Positions 46,372 to 56,290 are shown, counted from the stretch's first letter. The stretch is 64,000 nt of DNA from Acidimicrobiia bacterium (GCA_041748855.1 JBGTCK010000058.1:22758-86757); one strand, 5' to 3'. The notes: generated from the letters alone by a model not told the origin. Translations and numbers: made by a program.

Positions 46372-47808
46372 GTGCCGCAGGACGCGAACGAATACATGTC
46401 CAACGGCCCCCGAGAAGCCTGCGGGGTCTTCGCCGCCTACTCGCCGGGCGAAGCCGTCTCGTCACTCATCTACTTCGGTCTTTTTGCTTTACAACACCGC
46501 GGCCAGGAAAGCGCAGGTATCGCCAGCTCTGATGGGGAGACGGTCACGGTCTTCAAGGACATGGGCCTGGTCGCACAGGTCTTTGACAAGGCTGCCCTCG
46601 CCGGTCTCGACGGGCATCTCGGTATTGGCCACACCAGATACTCGACGACCGGGTCGACCAGTTGGAACAACGCCCAGCCCGCTCACCGTCAGGTCGGTTC
46701 GACCAGCATCGCACTCGGACACAACGGGAATCTGACCAACACCGCGGAACTGGCCGCCGACCTGGGGATAACGACGGCAACCACCGACTCCGACCTCATC
46801 GCCGAAGGCCTCTCCCGGGCCATCGACGACGAACGCTCCGATGCCCGCGGCCTGGAGGAGGCAGTCAAGGCCGTCGCCCCCACCTGGAAAGGGGCGTTCT
46901 CGCTCGTCATCATGGATCAGGGCCGAATCATTGGGTTACGAGACCCCAACGGCTTCCGACCGCTCTGTCTCGGTTCGCTTCCCGGCGGCGGATGGGTGAT
47001 GGCATCGGAGACCGCGGCCCTAGACATCGTCGGGGCCCGCTTCATGCGCGAGGTGAATGCCGGGGAGATGGTCGTCATCGATGCCGCGGGGGTGCACAGC
47101 TATTTCCCCTTCGACAAAGTCGATCCGGGGCTCTGCGTCTTCGAATTCGTCTACTTTGCCCGGCCCGACTCCCAGATCTACGGGCGAAACGTCCACTCGG
47201 CGCGATATGACATGGGCAAGCAGCTGGCCGCTGAGCACCCGGTGGGCGCCGATGTGGTGGTCCCGGTCCCCGAGTCGGGTATCCCCGCAGCCCAGGGATA
47301 CGCAGCAGTGAGCGGAATCCCTTACGCCGATGGACTGGTGAAGAATCGTTATGTCGGCCGCACCTTCATCGAGCCTTCCCAACTAATACGGGATCAGGGG
47401 ATCCGGCTCAAGCTCAATCCAATTCCCGACAACCTCGCAGGCAAAAGGGTGGTTCTCGTCGACGACTCGATCGTCCGCGGATCGACCACCAGAAAGCTGG
47501 TGGAGATCGTCCGCGAAGCCGGAGCGCTCGAGGTCCACCTCCGGGTCTCGTCACCCCCGTACAAGTGGCCGTGTTTCTACGGGATGGACACCTCCGACCA
47601 ATCCACTCTCATCGCAGCGCGTATGGAAACCGACGAGATCAGGGAGCACCTCAACGCCGACTCCCTCGGCTACCTCTCCCTCGATGGCCTTCTCGACGCC
47701 ACCGGTGTTTCCGACGCCGGCTTCTGCAACGCGTGCCTGTCCGGAGACTACCCGACCGAGGTGCCCGTGGTCATCGACAAATTCCACTTGGAACGCAATC
47801 GGTCGTGA
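46372..47808 (+). CDS. purF: Amidophosphoribosyltransferase
   Basis: It has the nucleophile context REACGVFAAY and the PRPP loop VVLVDDSIVRGST. An alternative start is the ATG at 46396. Confidence 0.95.
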   Translation: MPQDANEYMSNGPREACGVFAAYSPGEAVSSLIYFGLFALQHRGQESAGIASSDGETVTVFKDMGLVAQVFDKAALAGLDGHLGIGHTRYSTTGSTSWNNAQPAHRQVGSTSIALGHNGNLTNTAELAADLGITTATTDSDLIAEGLSRAIDDERSDARGLEEAVKAVAPTWKGAFSLVIMDQGRIIGLRDPNGFRPLCLGSLPGGGWVMASETAALDIVGARFMREVNAGEMVVIDAAGVHSYFPFDKVDPGLCVFEFVYFARPDSQIYGRNVHSARYDMGKQLAAEHPVGADVVVPVPESGIPAAQGYAAVSGIPYADGLVKNRYVGRTFIEPSQLIRDQGIRLKLNPIPDNLAGKRVVLVDDSIVRGSTTRKLVEIVREAGALEVHLRVSSPPYKWPCFYGMDTSDQSTLIAARMETDEIREHLNADSLGYLSLDGLLDATGVSDAGFCNACLSGDYPTEVPVVIDKFHLERNRS

Positions 47809-48767
47809 CCTACCGGGATGCGGGAGTCGATCTCGTCGGCGCCGACCGCCACGTGGCGGCAATCGCATCGACGGTCACCTCCACCTGGACTGACAACGTC
47901 GTCGGCGGCTTCGGGGGGTTCGCCGCCGGAGTGACCATCCCACCTGGCTATTCCGACCCGGTCTTGATGATGTCGACCGACGGTGTCGGCACCAAGCTCG
48001 AGCTCGCCCGTCGATCCGGACAATGGGATGGGGTCGGCCACGACCTGGTGGCCATGTGTGTCGACGACCTTGCCGCAGTCGGGGCACAGCCGCTTGGTTT
48101 TGTCGACTACATGGCCGTCGGCTCCCTCCAGCCCGAACGTGACACCGCGATCGTCGCTTCGATCGCAAGGGCCTGCGCTGAAGCCGGATGTGCCCTGCTC
48201 GGCGGGGAGACTGCCGAACATCCCGGGGTGATGGAATTCGATGCAGTCGATCTCGCCGGGGCGGTCATGGGCGTGGTCGAACGAGACGCCAGACTGTCGC
48301 CGGACGGTGTCGTTGCCGGAGATCTGGTCGTCGGCCTCCGGTCGCCCAACCTTCGATCCAACGGATTCTCCCTCGTTCGCAGGGTGATGGGAGAAGATCC
48401 GGACTATGAGACTCTTCTCCAGCCATCGGTCATTTACAGCCCGGACGTCCTCGAGATCGCACCACAGATGGTGAAGGCGGCCGCTCACATCACCGGCGGC
48501 GGGCTCCCCGGCAACCTCCCCCGCGCAATCCCCGCCGCTCTTGGAGTCGAAGTCGACACTTCGACCTGGCAACCTCCCGAAATTTTCTCGACACTCAGCT
48601 CCCACGGCATCGACGAAGCAGAGATGTTCGCGACCTTCAACATGGGCATCGGGTTCTGCCTGATCGTCGACCCCTCGGCGGCTGAGCAGGTCGCCGGCAC
48701 TCTCTCCCGGCACCAAGCAACCGTGATCGGCAGGGTCACCCCGAATCCCGGATTCACCCTGAAATGA
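47805..48767 (+). CDS. purM: AIR synthetase
   Basis: The GTG overlaps the purF stop (GTGA), giving (M)TYRDAGVDL.... The motif STDGVGTKLELA is present. The ORF track starts at 47565, inside purF. Confidence 0.93.
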   Translation: MTYRDAGVDLVGADRHVAAIASTVTSTWTDNVVGGFGGFAAGVTIPPGYSDPVLMMSTDGVGTKLELARRSGQWDGVGHDLVAMCVDDLAAVGAQPLGFVDYMAVGSLQPERDTAIVASIARACAEAGCALLGGETAEHPGVMEFDAVDLAGAVMGVVERDARLSPDGVVAGDLVVGLRSPNLRSNGFSLVRRVMGEDPDYETLLQPSVIYSPDVLEIAPQMVKAAAHITGGGLPGNLPRAIPAALGVEVDTSTWQPPEIFSTLSSHGIDEAEMFATFNMGIGFCLIVDPSAAEQVAGTLSRHQATVIGRVTPNPGFTLK

Positions 48768-49564
48768 AATTCCGCGAGGCCACGGCGGTGCGCCGCACCG
48801 GGGATCAAACCTGGGACACCCAGTTCGCCGAGAACTGGGACATCATGGAGAACACCAACGGCGGCTACATGCTGGCCATCGCGTCCCGGGCGGCAAGTGA
48901 GGCAACCGGGGGACGGCATCCGGTGACCATCACCGGCCACTACACCAGACCTGGACACACCGGGCCGGCAACTGCCCGGACCGAGGTAGTCCGTTCCGGC
49001 CGAAGGTTTTCCGTGGTGCGCACCAGCCTGTTCCAGGATGACGCTGTTGTCCTCGACACCCTGGGTACTTTTGTCGAGCCCGGCGGCGAACCCCCCGGCG
49101 TGATCCTCTCCGACGCCGAGCCTGCCGATCTGCCCCCACCCGAAGAGTGTGTACTCGCAGTTCCGGGAGGCGACGCCCCGTTCCCGCCACCGTCGGTAGG
49201 ACAAGTCGAGATGCGTCTCGATCCGAGGATGGCAGAGCTGTTCGAGGGCAATCCGCTCGGCGAGCCGGTGGTGCTGGGCTGGCTTCGGCTCAAGGACGGC
49301 GAGCCTCTGGACGCGCACGCCTTGATCATGGCCACCGACGCCTTTCCTCCGACCACATTCAATGCGGGGTTGCCGGTGGGCTGGACCCCGACGCTGGAAC
49401 TGACCGTGCATGTTCGCTTCCCCGAGGCATCAGGATGGATCCGATGCGAGTTCCGGAGCCGATTTGTCTCGGGAGGCTTCATCGAAGAGGACGGGCTCTT
49501 CTGGGATGAAGGGAATCGTCTCGTGGCCCAGTCCCGACAACTGGCCCTCGTCTCCACCGGATAG
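48764..49564 (+). CDS. Thioesterase-like (double hot-dog, TesB-like) protein
   Basis: 266 aa with ...NTNGGYMLAIA... and ...RSGRRFSVVRTSL.... The start overlaps the purM stop (ATGA). The family call is by eye. Confidence 0.6.
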   Translation: MKFREATAVRRTGDQTWDTQFAENWDIMENTNGGYMLAIASRAASEATGGRHPVTITGHYTRPGHTGPATARTEVVRSGRRFSVVRTSLFQDDAVVLDTLGTFVEPGGEPPGVILSDAEPADLPPPEECVLAVPGGDAPFPPPSVGQVEMRLDPRMAELFEGNPLGEPVVLGWLRLKDGEPLDAHALIMATDAFPPTTFNAGLPVGWTPTLELTVHVRFPEASGWIRCEFRSRFVSGGFIEEDGLFWDEGNRLVAQSRQLALVSTG

Positions 49565-49702
49565 CCCGCCCTCCCCCAGGGTTGACGGTTGGTTAGGATT
49601 CGGGCGTGACTGTTAACAAGCCGATTCATCTGAGACGGGGCCTTTTCGCCTCCCCGTAGCTCCCCTCCGTCCCCGACGAGACGAGAAGAGATTGGAGCAC
49701 AA

Positions 49703-50983
49703 ATGACCGACCTGACAACACGCCACAACCAAGTGATCGCACCGGTGATCGCATTCGACACCGACATCCACGCAGAAACCGCCGAAGGGATCTGGATAAC
49801 TGACATCGATGGCAACCGTTGGGCCGATTTCGCCTGCGGTACGGCTGTCACCAACCTCGGACACAACCACCCGGCGGTGGTCGAGGCGGCACATGGCCAG
49901 CTCGACAAGTTCATGCACTCAGGATGCATAGTTCGTTACGAATCCATTGTCAGCGCCGCCGAGAGGCTGCGCGACATCACCCCGCCATCGATCGAGAAGT
50001 TCGCCTTCGCCAACTCCGGAGCTGAAGCCGTAGAAGCCGCCGTGAAACTCGCTCGCTACACCAGCGGGCGTCACGGGGTGGTCGTCTTCCGCGGTGGATT
50101 CCACGGGCGGACGATGGGATCTGTTGCCTACACCACTTCCAATGCCAAGTACCGCGACGGGTACCACCCGGTGCTCGGCGGCGTCTTCCTCGCACCCTTC
50201 CCCCACCCCTACCGATGGGGCATGTCTGAAGAGGAAGCCACTGCCCACTCCCTCGAAGAATTGCGTTTCCTGTTCAAGCACGTCGTGACCCCGAAGAACA
50301 TCGCGTGTTTCCTCATCGAGCCGGTCCAGGGCGAAGGCGGGTACTACCCCGCTCCGCCGGCTTTCCTGTCAGCTCTCCGCGAGCTCGCTGACGAGCACGG
50401 GATCCTGATGATCTACGACGAGGTGCAAACCGGTTTCGGGCGCACTGCCGAATGGTTTGCGGCCGACCACTTCGACGCCAAGCCCGACATCATCGCCATG
50501 GGCAAAGGCATTGCCAACGGGCTGCCGCTCTCGGCCTATGGGGCTCCGGCAGAGATGATGGATGCCTGGCCCGTGGGGTCACATGGCACCACCTTCGGCG
50601 GGAACCCGGTGGCCACCGCGGCGGCCGTGGCGGTAATCGACACAATGGAAGACCTCCTCCCCCACGCCAGGGATCTCTCCAAGGCCGCATTCGAGAGCTT
50701 CGAGTCTCTCGCCGAGCGCCACCCAACGATCGGTGATGTGCGGGGCCTCGGGTTGATGATCGGGGTCGAGTTGATATCGGATGCCGACTTGCGAACGCCC
50801 GACGCCGAAGCCTTCAAAGCCGTGCAGAGCTACGCCTTCGAGCGGGAGCTCATCATCATCGACTGTGGTCCCGACGGCAACGTGCTCCGGTTCATCCCGG
50901 CGCTGGTCACGACCCGTGACGAGCTCGATTGGGCGATCGGACTGGTCGATGAGGGCCTGACTGCGTGGGAAAGCAGCAGCTGA
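49703..50983 (+). CDS. Class-III (GabT-like) PLP aminotransferase
   Basis: 426 aa with the motifs FANSGAEAVEAAVKLAR, DEVQTGFGRTAEWFA and GKGIANGLPLSA. Confidence 0.88.
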   Translation: MTDLTTRHNQVIAPVIAFDTDIHAETAEGIWITDIDGNRWADFACGTAVTNLGHNHPAVVEAAHGQLDKFMHSGCIVRYESIVSAAERLRDITPPSIEKFAFANSGAEAVEAAVKLARYTSGRHGVVVFRGGFHGRTMGSVAYTTSNAKYRDGYHPVLGGVFLAPFPHPYRWGMSEEEATAHSLEELRFLFKHVVTPKNIACFLIEPVQGEGGYYPAPPAFLSALRELADEHGILMIYDEVQTGFGRTAEWFAADHFDAKPDIIAMGKGIANGLPLSAYGAPAEMMDAWPVGSHGTTFGGNPVATAAAVAVIDTMEDLLPHARDLSKAAFESFESLAERHPTIGDVRGLGLMIGVELISDADLRTPDAEAFKAVQSYAFERELIIIDCGPDGNVLRFIPALVTTRDELDWAIGLVDEGLTAWESSS

Positions 50984-50999
50984 GGCGTAACCTGTAGGG

Positions 51000-51905
51000 G
51001 TGAGCCGATTCGGAATGGCAGCCGCCGGTCTGGCGGTGCTTCTCGTGGTCGCGGTCTTCCTCGTCATCAACGCCCTCGGCGACCGGGGCACGGAGGCCGG
51101 CGCGATCGCGACGACGTTCACATCTGTAACAGAATCCACCGACCCGGGCACGGTGACATCGGAATCCTCGACGTCAGCCCAGCATCAACCAGACATCTTC
51201 GCAATCGAAACATCGACTACCACAACGAGCTCAACCACGTCTACGACTCTCGCGGCGACCACCTCGGCCCCGACGACCTCAGCGACGACATCGATCACTT
51301 CAACCACCCCAGCGCCCACCACGACCAGCACAACTCCGGCGCCCCCATTCATCTCCTCGCTGGCGACCCCAACCGCCGCCGACCTCCCGGCGTCATGGGA
51401 ACCGGGATGCCCGATCCCCCCCGACGGCCTGCGCATCATCACGATGTCACACTGGAACTACGCCGGCTCGGTGAGCACCGGCAAACTGGTTGTGGCTGCC
51501 GACCTGGCCAACCAGGTGGTCGACATCTTCCGTGATCTCTACGACGCTCGCTTCCCGATCGAGCGCATGAGGCTCGTTGATGAGTACGACGGCGACGACG
51601 ATCTGAGCATGGCTGCCAACAACACCAGCGCCTTCAACTGCCGCCCGGTCACAGGGGGAAGCAGCTATTCCGAGCACTCCTACGGCCGCGCCGTCGACAT
51701 CAATCCCGTCGTGAACCCGTATGTAAAAGGCTCGACGGTGCTCCCGCCGGCCGGCAGCGCCTACCTCAATCGCAGTCTCGATGCGCCTGGCATGATCCAC
51801 GCCAACGACGAAGTGGTCCAGGCCTTCGCCTCCAGAGGGTGGATCTGGGGCGGCACCTGGAACTCGCTCAAGGACTACCAGCACTTCTCCACGACAGGAA
51901 AGTAA
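51000..51905 (+). CDS. M15-family (VanY/D-Ala-D-Ala carboxypeptidase-like) peptidase with a Thr/Ser/Pro linker
   Basis: It has an N-terminal TM/signal segment and a T/S/P-rich stretch at about aa 70-116. The zinc motif SEHSYGRAVDINP and a C-terminal ...DYQHFS are present. Confidence 0.8.
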   Translation: MSRFGMAAAGLAVLLVVAVFLVINALGDRGTEAGAIATTFTSVTESTDPGTVTSESSTSAQHQPDIFAIETSTTTTSSTTSTTLAATTSAPTTSATTSITSTTPAPTTTSTTPAPPFISSLATPTAADLPASWEPGCPIPPDGLRIITMSHWNYAGSVSTGKLVVAADLANQVVDIFRDLYDARFPIERMRLVDEYDGDDDLSMAANNTSAFNCRPVTGGSSYSEHSYGRAVDINPVVNPYVKGSTVLPPAGSAYLNRSLDAPGMIHANDEVVQAFASRGWIWGGTWNSLKDYQHFSTTGK

Positions 51906-51943
51906 GTCGGAACCAATTTGGTGTCCCGCGCCATCAAAGACCC

Positions 51944-52795
51944 ATGAGATCGAAATCCAAAACCATCTTCGGGCTTCTTTTTGTCGTTGCCCTACTCATA
52001 TCAGCATGCGGATCGGGCGAGGTGTTGGGCCCCCCGGACACCACACCGGACAGCACTCCCGAAACCCCGCCGGGAGATCCGCTGCTCCAGGTGCACTCCG
52101 AGGGGGGCTTCGTCCCTGTCGAGTGGAACCTGGGGAACGGACCCACTTTCACGGTCACCAAGGGAGGGACGTTCGTGTTCCCGGGAGTGACGACCCTCGA
52201 GTACCCTGGCCGGCTAGTGCCGTCGTACTTTGCGGGACAGCTCGACGACGACCAGATGGCAAGAGTCAACGAGTTACTCACCGCAATGGGGATCGCCGAA
52301 ATCGACAACGAGCACGACGACTCTGTCGACAACGTCGCCGACGCCTCGACGGAAGTAATCCAGTTCTGGGATGAGAACGGTGTCCACAGGTACTCGGTAT
52401 ACGCCCTCGGGAGCACCGACGCACCCGCTTCTGAGACAACCGCTGCATTTGCCGATCTCCTCGGATACCTACACGAGTTGTCCACAACAGTTGAAGGCAC
52501 CGAATTCCAGCCGGAACGGGTCCGGGTCGTGGCCGGCACCTACCAGGGCGGCTTCGACTCCGAATTCGAGAGGGTCGAGGACTGGCCGCTGGAAGGTGAG
52601 AACCCTGAGGGCTGGGATACATTCACCACGGTCGGTGAGGACGTGTGGACCTGCAAGGCTTTCGACGGATCCATCCTCGATGTCTTTGCCGACGCCAAGC
52701 AGACCACGATCTACACCCATCCCGACGCTGACGGCAGCGAGATTCAGCTCCTGGTGCGGCCGCTGCACCCGGGTGAAGAAGACTGCACCCTCTGA
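51944..52795 (+). CDS. Putative lipoprotein, no family recognised
   Basis: The ORF is trimmed to MRSKSKTIFGLLFVVALLISACGSGE (lipobox LISAC). Confidence 0.55.
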   Translation: MRSKSKTIFGLLFVVALLISACGSGEVLGPPDTTPDSTPETPPGDPLLQVHSEGGFVPVEWNLGNGPTFTVTKGGTFVFPGVTTLEYPGRLVPSYFAGQLDDDQMARVNELLTAMGIAEIDNEHDDSVDNVADASTEVIQFWDENGVHRYSVYALGSTDAPASETTAAFADLLGYLHELSTTVEGTEFQPERVRVVAGTYQGGFDSEFERVEDWPLEGENPEGWDTFTTVGEDVWTCKAFDGSILDVFADAKQTTIYTHPDADGSEIQLLVRPLHPGEEDCTL

Positions 52796-52807
52796 AGCCC
52801 ACAAATA

Positions 52808-52837
52808 AGAGGGCCGGGTCGATCGACCCGGCCCTCT
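52808..52837. terminator. Perfect 30-nt palindrome (AGAGGGCCGGGTCGA|TCGACCCGGCCCTCT) between convergent genes
   Basis: Read directly from the sequence. It has a GC-rich 13-15-bp stem. It is followed by ...GATTTTC on the + strand and lies between the stops at 52795 (+) and 52856 (-). Confidence 0.7.
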
Positions 52838-52855
52838 CTCGATTTCCCCGATTTT

Positions 52856-53653
52856 CTAGTTCAGCGGGCAACCGCTCTCGTTGGCGGCTTCGAGGAGGTT
52901 CTTGGCACCTGCGAAGTCACCCGAGGCGTACGCATCCTGAACAAGGGCGATCACTTCAGCCGTCGAGTAGTCGTAGGACACTCCACCACTCGCCGAATTC
53001 AGCAGTGCGGCCACGGCATGCCTACCGAGAGCCTTTTCTCCCCCGCCGCCCTGCTTGAGGGCGCCGAGAAGGTCCTTGTCGAACGATGCATCGACACCGA
53101 ACACTGTCTCATAGTCGTCGGTCGGGCTATACCCGGTCCACGAATCGAAGTGATGTGCCTGCTTCCAGTAACCCGGTGTGCAACCTTCACCACCATCGTC
53201 CGGCGGTGGCGGTGGCGGTGTTGGCGTGCAGGTCACGGTCAGGCTCCCCTCCGTCGAGGTCAGATCGTCCTGGGTGGCCTCGAGGAATACGGTGAGCTGA
53301 TCGGATCCTGACGAGGTGAACCCCTCGGCGTCGCTGCTGACCTTGCCCGGTGCATCCTCAACGCCGAGTAGCGTAATCAGGAGCGTCCCGTTCAGGTAGA
53401 CATTGATGTTGTGGCCCAGGTGCACCGAGCGACCGTTGGTTGTGTCGACTTCCGCCGTGCACTCCGCACCAGCTGGGTCAGGAACCGTGAGTGCGCCGAT
53501 CAGGGTCTCCTCTCCTACCTCGACCGTCAGGCCGCGCGAGAAATCCCAAGAGACCGTACTGGTCTCAGCCAAAGCCGGACCTGCCAACATGACCATACAC
53601 AGAGCGAGGGTTGCGCTCAGCACAACCTTGCCCAATTTTGAATGCCTTTGCAT
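52856..53653 (-). CDS. Secreted protein, no family recognised
   Basis: 265 aa. It has a signal peptide (...MLAGPALAE), an N-domain, a TPTPPPPPPDDGGEG linker and a C-domain starting CTPGYWKQAHHFDSW and ending ...ESGCPLN. The RBS is GGGAGG. Confidence 0.55.
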   Translation of the reverse strand: MQRHSKLGKVVLSATLALCMVMLAGPALAETSTVSWDFSRGLTVEVGEETLIGALTVPDPAGAECTAEVDTTNGRSVHLGHNINVYLNGTLLITLLGVEDAPGKVSSDAEGFTSSGSDQLTVFLEATQDDLTSTEGSLTVTCTPTPPPPPPDDGGEGCTPGYWKQAHHFDSWTGYSPTDDYETVFGVDASFDKDLLGALKQGGGGEKALGRHAVAALLNSASGGVSYDYSTAEVIALVQDAYASGDFAGAKNLLEAANESGCPLN

Positions 53654-53787
53654 TACTTGCCTCCCACTTGGTTGTTATCCATCCCCACAGATGCAGGGCG
53701 CAGCATAGCGCTATAAAGCCGACGACCGCCGCAGAGAGTGATGGCGAATTCAGACGGCTCCAGCCCCGGGAAGTAACGTCGTCCGGC

Positions 53788-54912
53788 ATGGAGAGAAGTG
53801 TCGAGTCAGATGTAGTTCAGGGTGGCCACTTGCTGGATCCCGACGGCGGCGTGGTTCCCCCGATCCAGCCTGCTACCACCTTCGCCCGTGACAGTGGCTA
53901 CGAATTGGCAAGCGGATACCTCTACTCGAGGGACGGCGCACCCAATCACCGGGCAGTGGAAGACATCGCCGCACGTCTGGACAACGGCGCTGACGCTCGG
54001 GTTTTCGCCTCAGGACTTGCGGCCTTCACCGCTCTTGTGGAGACGGTGCCGCCGGGGGCCGGGGTGGTCGCACCCGAAGTCATGTATCACGGCGGTCAGT
54101 TGTGGTTGCAGAGACTCCACGACGCCGGGCGGATCGAGCTTGTTGTTTTCGACCAGTCGAAGCCGGGGGCGATGGAAGAGGCAATCGGTCAGGCTAATCC
54201 CGATCTGGTATGGATCGAGACGCCGGTCAATCCAACCTGGGATGTGATCGACATTCGCGCCGCGACGCGGGCCGCGCATTCGAAAGGCGCGCTGCTGGCA
54301 GTTGACGCCACAGTTGCTCCACTGACCACCCGGCCTATCGACCTTGGCGCCGACTACACGTTCCACTCCGCCACCAAGTACTACAACGGCCACGCCGACC
54401 TGCTCGGCGGGGTTCTGGTGGCCGCAGAGACGAATGGGCGATGGGACCAGGTCCACTGGATCAGGACCCACACCGGAGCGGTGATGGGAGCATTCGAAGC
54501 CTGGCTGCTCCTCCGGGGATTGAAGACCCTCTACCTCAGGGTCGACAGAGCCTCTGCGAGTGCAATGGCCATCGCCTCCCACTTCGAAGCCCACCCTTCC
54601 CTGGAGGCAGTCCTCTACCCGGGACTCGAGTCACACCCGGGCCATGAAGTGGCGAAGGCGCAGATGGACCGGGGTTTTGGTGCGATGCTCTCCATTCTGG
54701 TCAAAGATGGGTTTGAGGCGGCACATCGGGCTGCCACTTCGACCCAGGTGTTCATCCCCGCAACGTCCCTCGGCGGGGTCGAAAGCCTGATCGAGCACCG
54801 CGCCGTCCTCGAGCCACCCGAATCGGTAGTTCCCGACAACCTCCTCCGCCTGTCTATCGGCATCGAGCCAGTCGCTGAGTTGATCGAAGACCTCGAACAA
54901 GCCCTTTCCTGA
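53788..54912 (+). CDS. Cys/Met-metabolism PLP enzyme (cystathionine gamma-synthase/lyase family)
   Basis: The ORF is trimmed to MERSVESDVVQGGH.... The PLP lysine context is FHSATKYYNGHADLLGG. Confidence 0.85.
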   Translation: MERSVESDVVQGGHLLDPDGGVVPPIQPATTFARDSGYELASGYLYSRDGAPNHRAVEDIAARLDNGADARVFASGLAAFTALVETVPPGAGVVAPEVMYHGGQLWLQRLHDAGRIELVVFDQSKPGAMEEAIGQANPDLVWIETPVNPTWDVIDIRAATRAAHSKGALLAVDATVAPLTTRPIDLGADYTFHSATKYYNGHADLLGGVLVAAETNGRWDQVHWIRTHTGAVMGAFEAWLLLRGLKTLYLRVDRASASAMAIASHFEAHPSLEAVLYPGLESHPGHEVAKAQMDRGFGAMLSILVKDGFEAAHRAATSTQVFIPATSLGGVESLIEHRAVLEPPESVVPDNLLRLSIGIEPVAELIEDLEQALS

Positions 54913-54931
54913 AACTCCGGACCGAGTTCGG

Positions 54932-56290
54932 TTAACCGGCCACCACCGGGACGTCCTCCATGGCCGCAGCTATCGCCTCGGCCGGGTGGTCGTAATCGAC
55001 CAGTTCGCCGTTGAAGTGGGCCTGGTACGAGGCCATGTCGAAGTGGCCGTGCCCGGAGAGGTTGAACAGGATCACCTTCTCCTCGCCCGACTCTTTGGCC
55101 CTGATTGCCTCGTTCATGGCAGACGCCACCGCATGTGTCGGCTCGGGGCCGGGAATGATCCCTTCCACCCGGGCGAATTCGACGGCTCGGGCGAAGGTCT
55201 CGGTCTGGTTGAGTGCTTCCGCCTCGACAATGCCCTCGTCGACCAGCAGCGACACCAGTGGCGCCATCCCGTGGTAGCGAAGTCCGCCGGCATGGATCGG
55301 GTCGGGGATGAAACCGTGGCCGAGGGTGTGCATCTTCACCAGCGGGGTCATCCCGGCGGTGTCGCCGAAGTCGAACTGGTAGCTCCCCTTGGTTAGCGAC
55401 GGCGCCGCAGCCGGCTCCACCGCCCGGATCACCGGGTCCATCTTCCCGGCGAGCTTCTCCCGGACGAAGGGGAAAGCGAGGCCGGCAAAGTTCGAGCCGC
55501 CGCCAGTGCAACCGATCACGACATCAGGGGTCTCGTCGACGAGTGCGAGTTGTTTCAGTGCCTCCTCGCCGATGACCGTCTGGTGCATCAGGACATGGTT
55601 GAGGACCGAGCCCAACGAGTACTTGACGTCGTCGTTGGTGGCCGCCACCTCAACGGCTTCGGAGATGGCAATGCCGAGGCTGCCGGTGGTGTTCGGGTCG
55701 CTGGCAAGGATGCGCCGACCGGTCTCAGTCCGGTCAGACGGCGATGGGTGGATTGTCGCCCCGTAGGTCTCGATCATCGCCTTCCGGTAAGGCTTCTGGT
55801 CGTAAGACGCTCGGACCATGAATACCTCACACTCCAGGCCGAACAGAGCACAGGCGAAGGAGAGGGCCGAGCCCCACTGGCCGGCCCCGGTCTCCGTCGA
55901 CAACTTTTTCACCCCGGCTTTTGCGTTGTAGTACGCCTGTGCCACCGCCGTATTCGGCTTGTGTGACCCGACCGGGCTGACGCCTTCGTACTTGTAATAG
56001 ATGCGAGCAGGGCCGCCGATCATCTCCTCGAGCCCATGGGCCCGGTACATCGGAGTCGGGCGCCACTTGAGATAGACCTCCCGAATCTCCTCGGGAATCT
56101 CGACGAAACGGTCCTGGGACACTTCCTGGAGGATCAGGTCCATCGGGAACAGGGGCGCCAGATCGTCGGGGCCCACCGGTTGGTGTGTCCCGGGATGTAG
56201 CACCGGAGGTGCGGGGACCGGAAGGTCGGGGACGATGTTGTACCAGTGCGACGGAAGGTCTGATTCTGCGAGAGTGATCTTGGTAACCAT
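54932..56290 (-). CDS. TrpB2-type tryptophan synthase beta-like PLP enzyme
   Basis: The ORF is trimmed to [24 protein letters not shown] (452 aa). The motifs are [14 protein letters not shown] and [11 protein letters not shown]. No trpA is adjacent. Confidence 0.85.
   Translation of the reverse strand: MVTKITLAESDLPSHWYNIVPDLPVPAPPVLHPGTHQPVGPDDLAPLFPMDLILQEVSQDRFVEIPEEIREVYLKWRPTPMYRAHGLEEMIGGPARIYYKYEGVSPVGSHKPNTAVAQAYYNAKAGVKKLSTETGAGQWGSALSFACALFGLECEVFMVRASYDQKPYRKAMIETYGATIHPSPSDRTETGRRILASDPNTTGSLGIAISEAVEVAATNDDVKYSLGSVLNHVLMHQTVIGEEALKQLALVDETPDVVIGCTGGGSNFAGLAFPFVREKLAGKMDPVIRAVEPAAAPSLTKGSYQFDFGDTAGMTPLVKMHTLGHGFIPDPIHAGGLRYHGMAPLVSLLVDEGIVEAEALNQTETFARAVEFARVEGIIPGPEPTHAVASAMNEAIRAKESGEEKVILFNLSGHGHFDMASYQAHFNGELVDYDHPAEAIAAAMEDVPVVAG

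Noticed and set aside
51207-51348. Thr/Ser/Pro-rich coding tract as a DNA tandem repeat or contingency locus.
   Set aside because: It is low-complexity at the protein level, but I saw no exact nucleotide repeat unit. This is typical of an extracellular linker.
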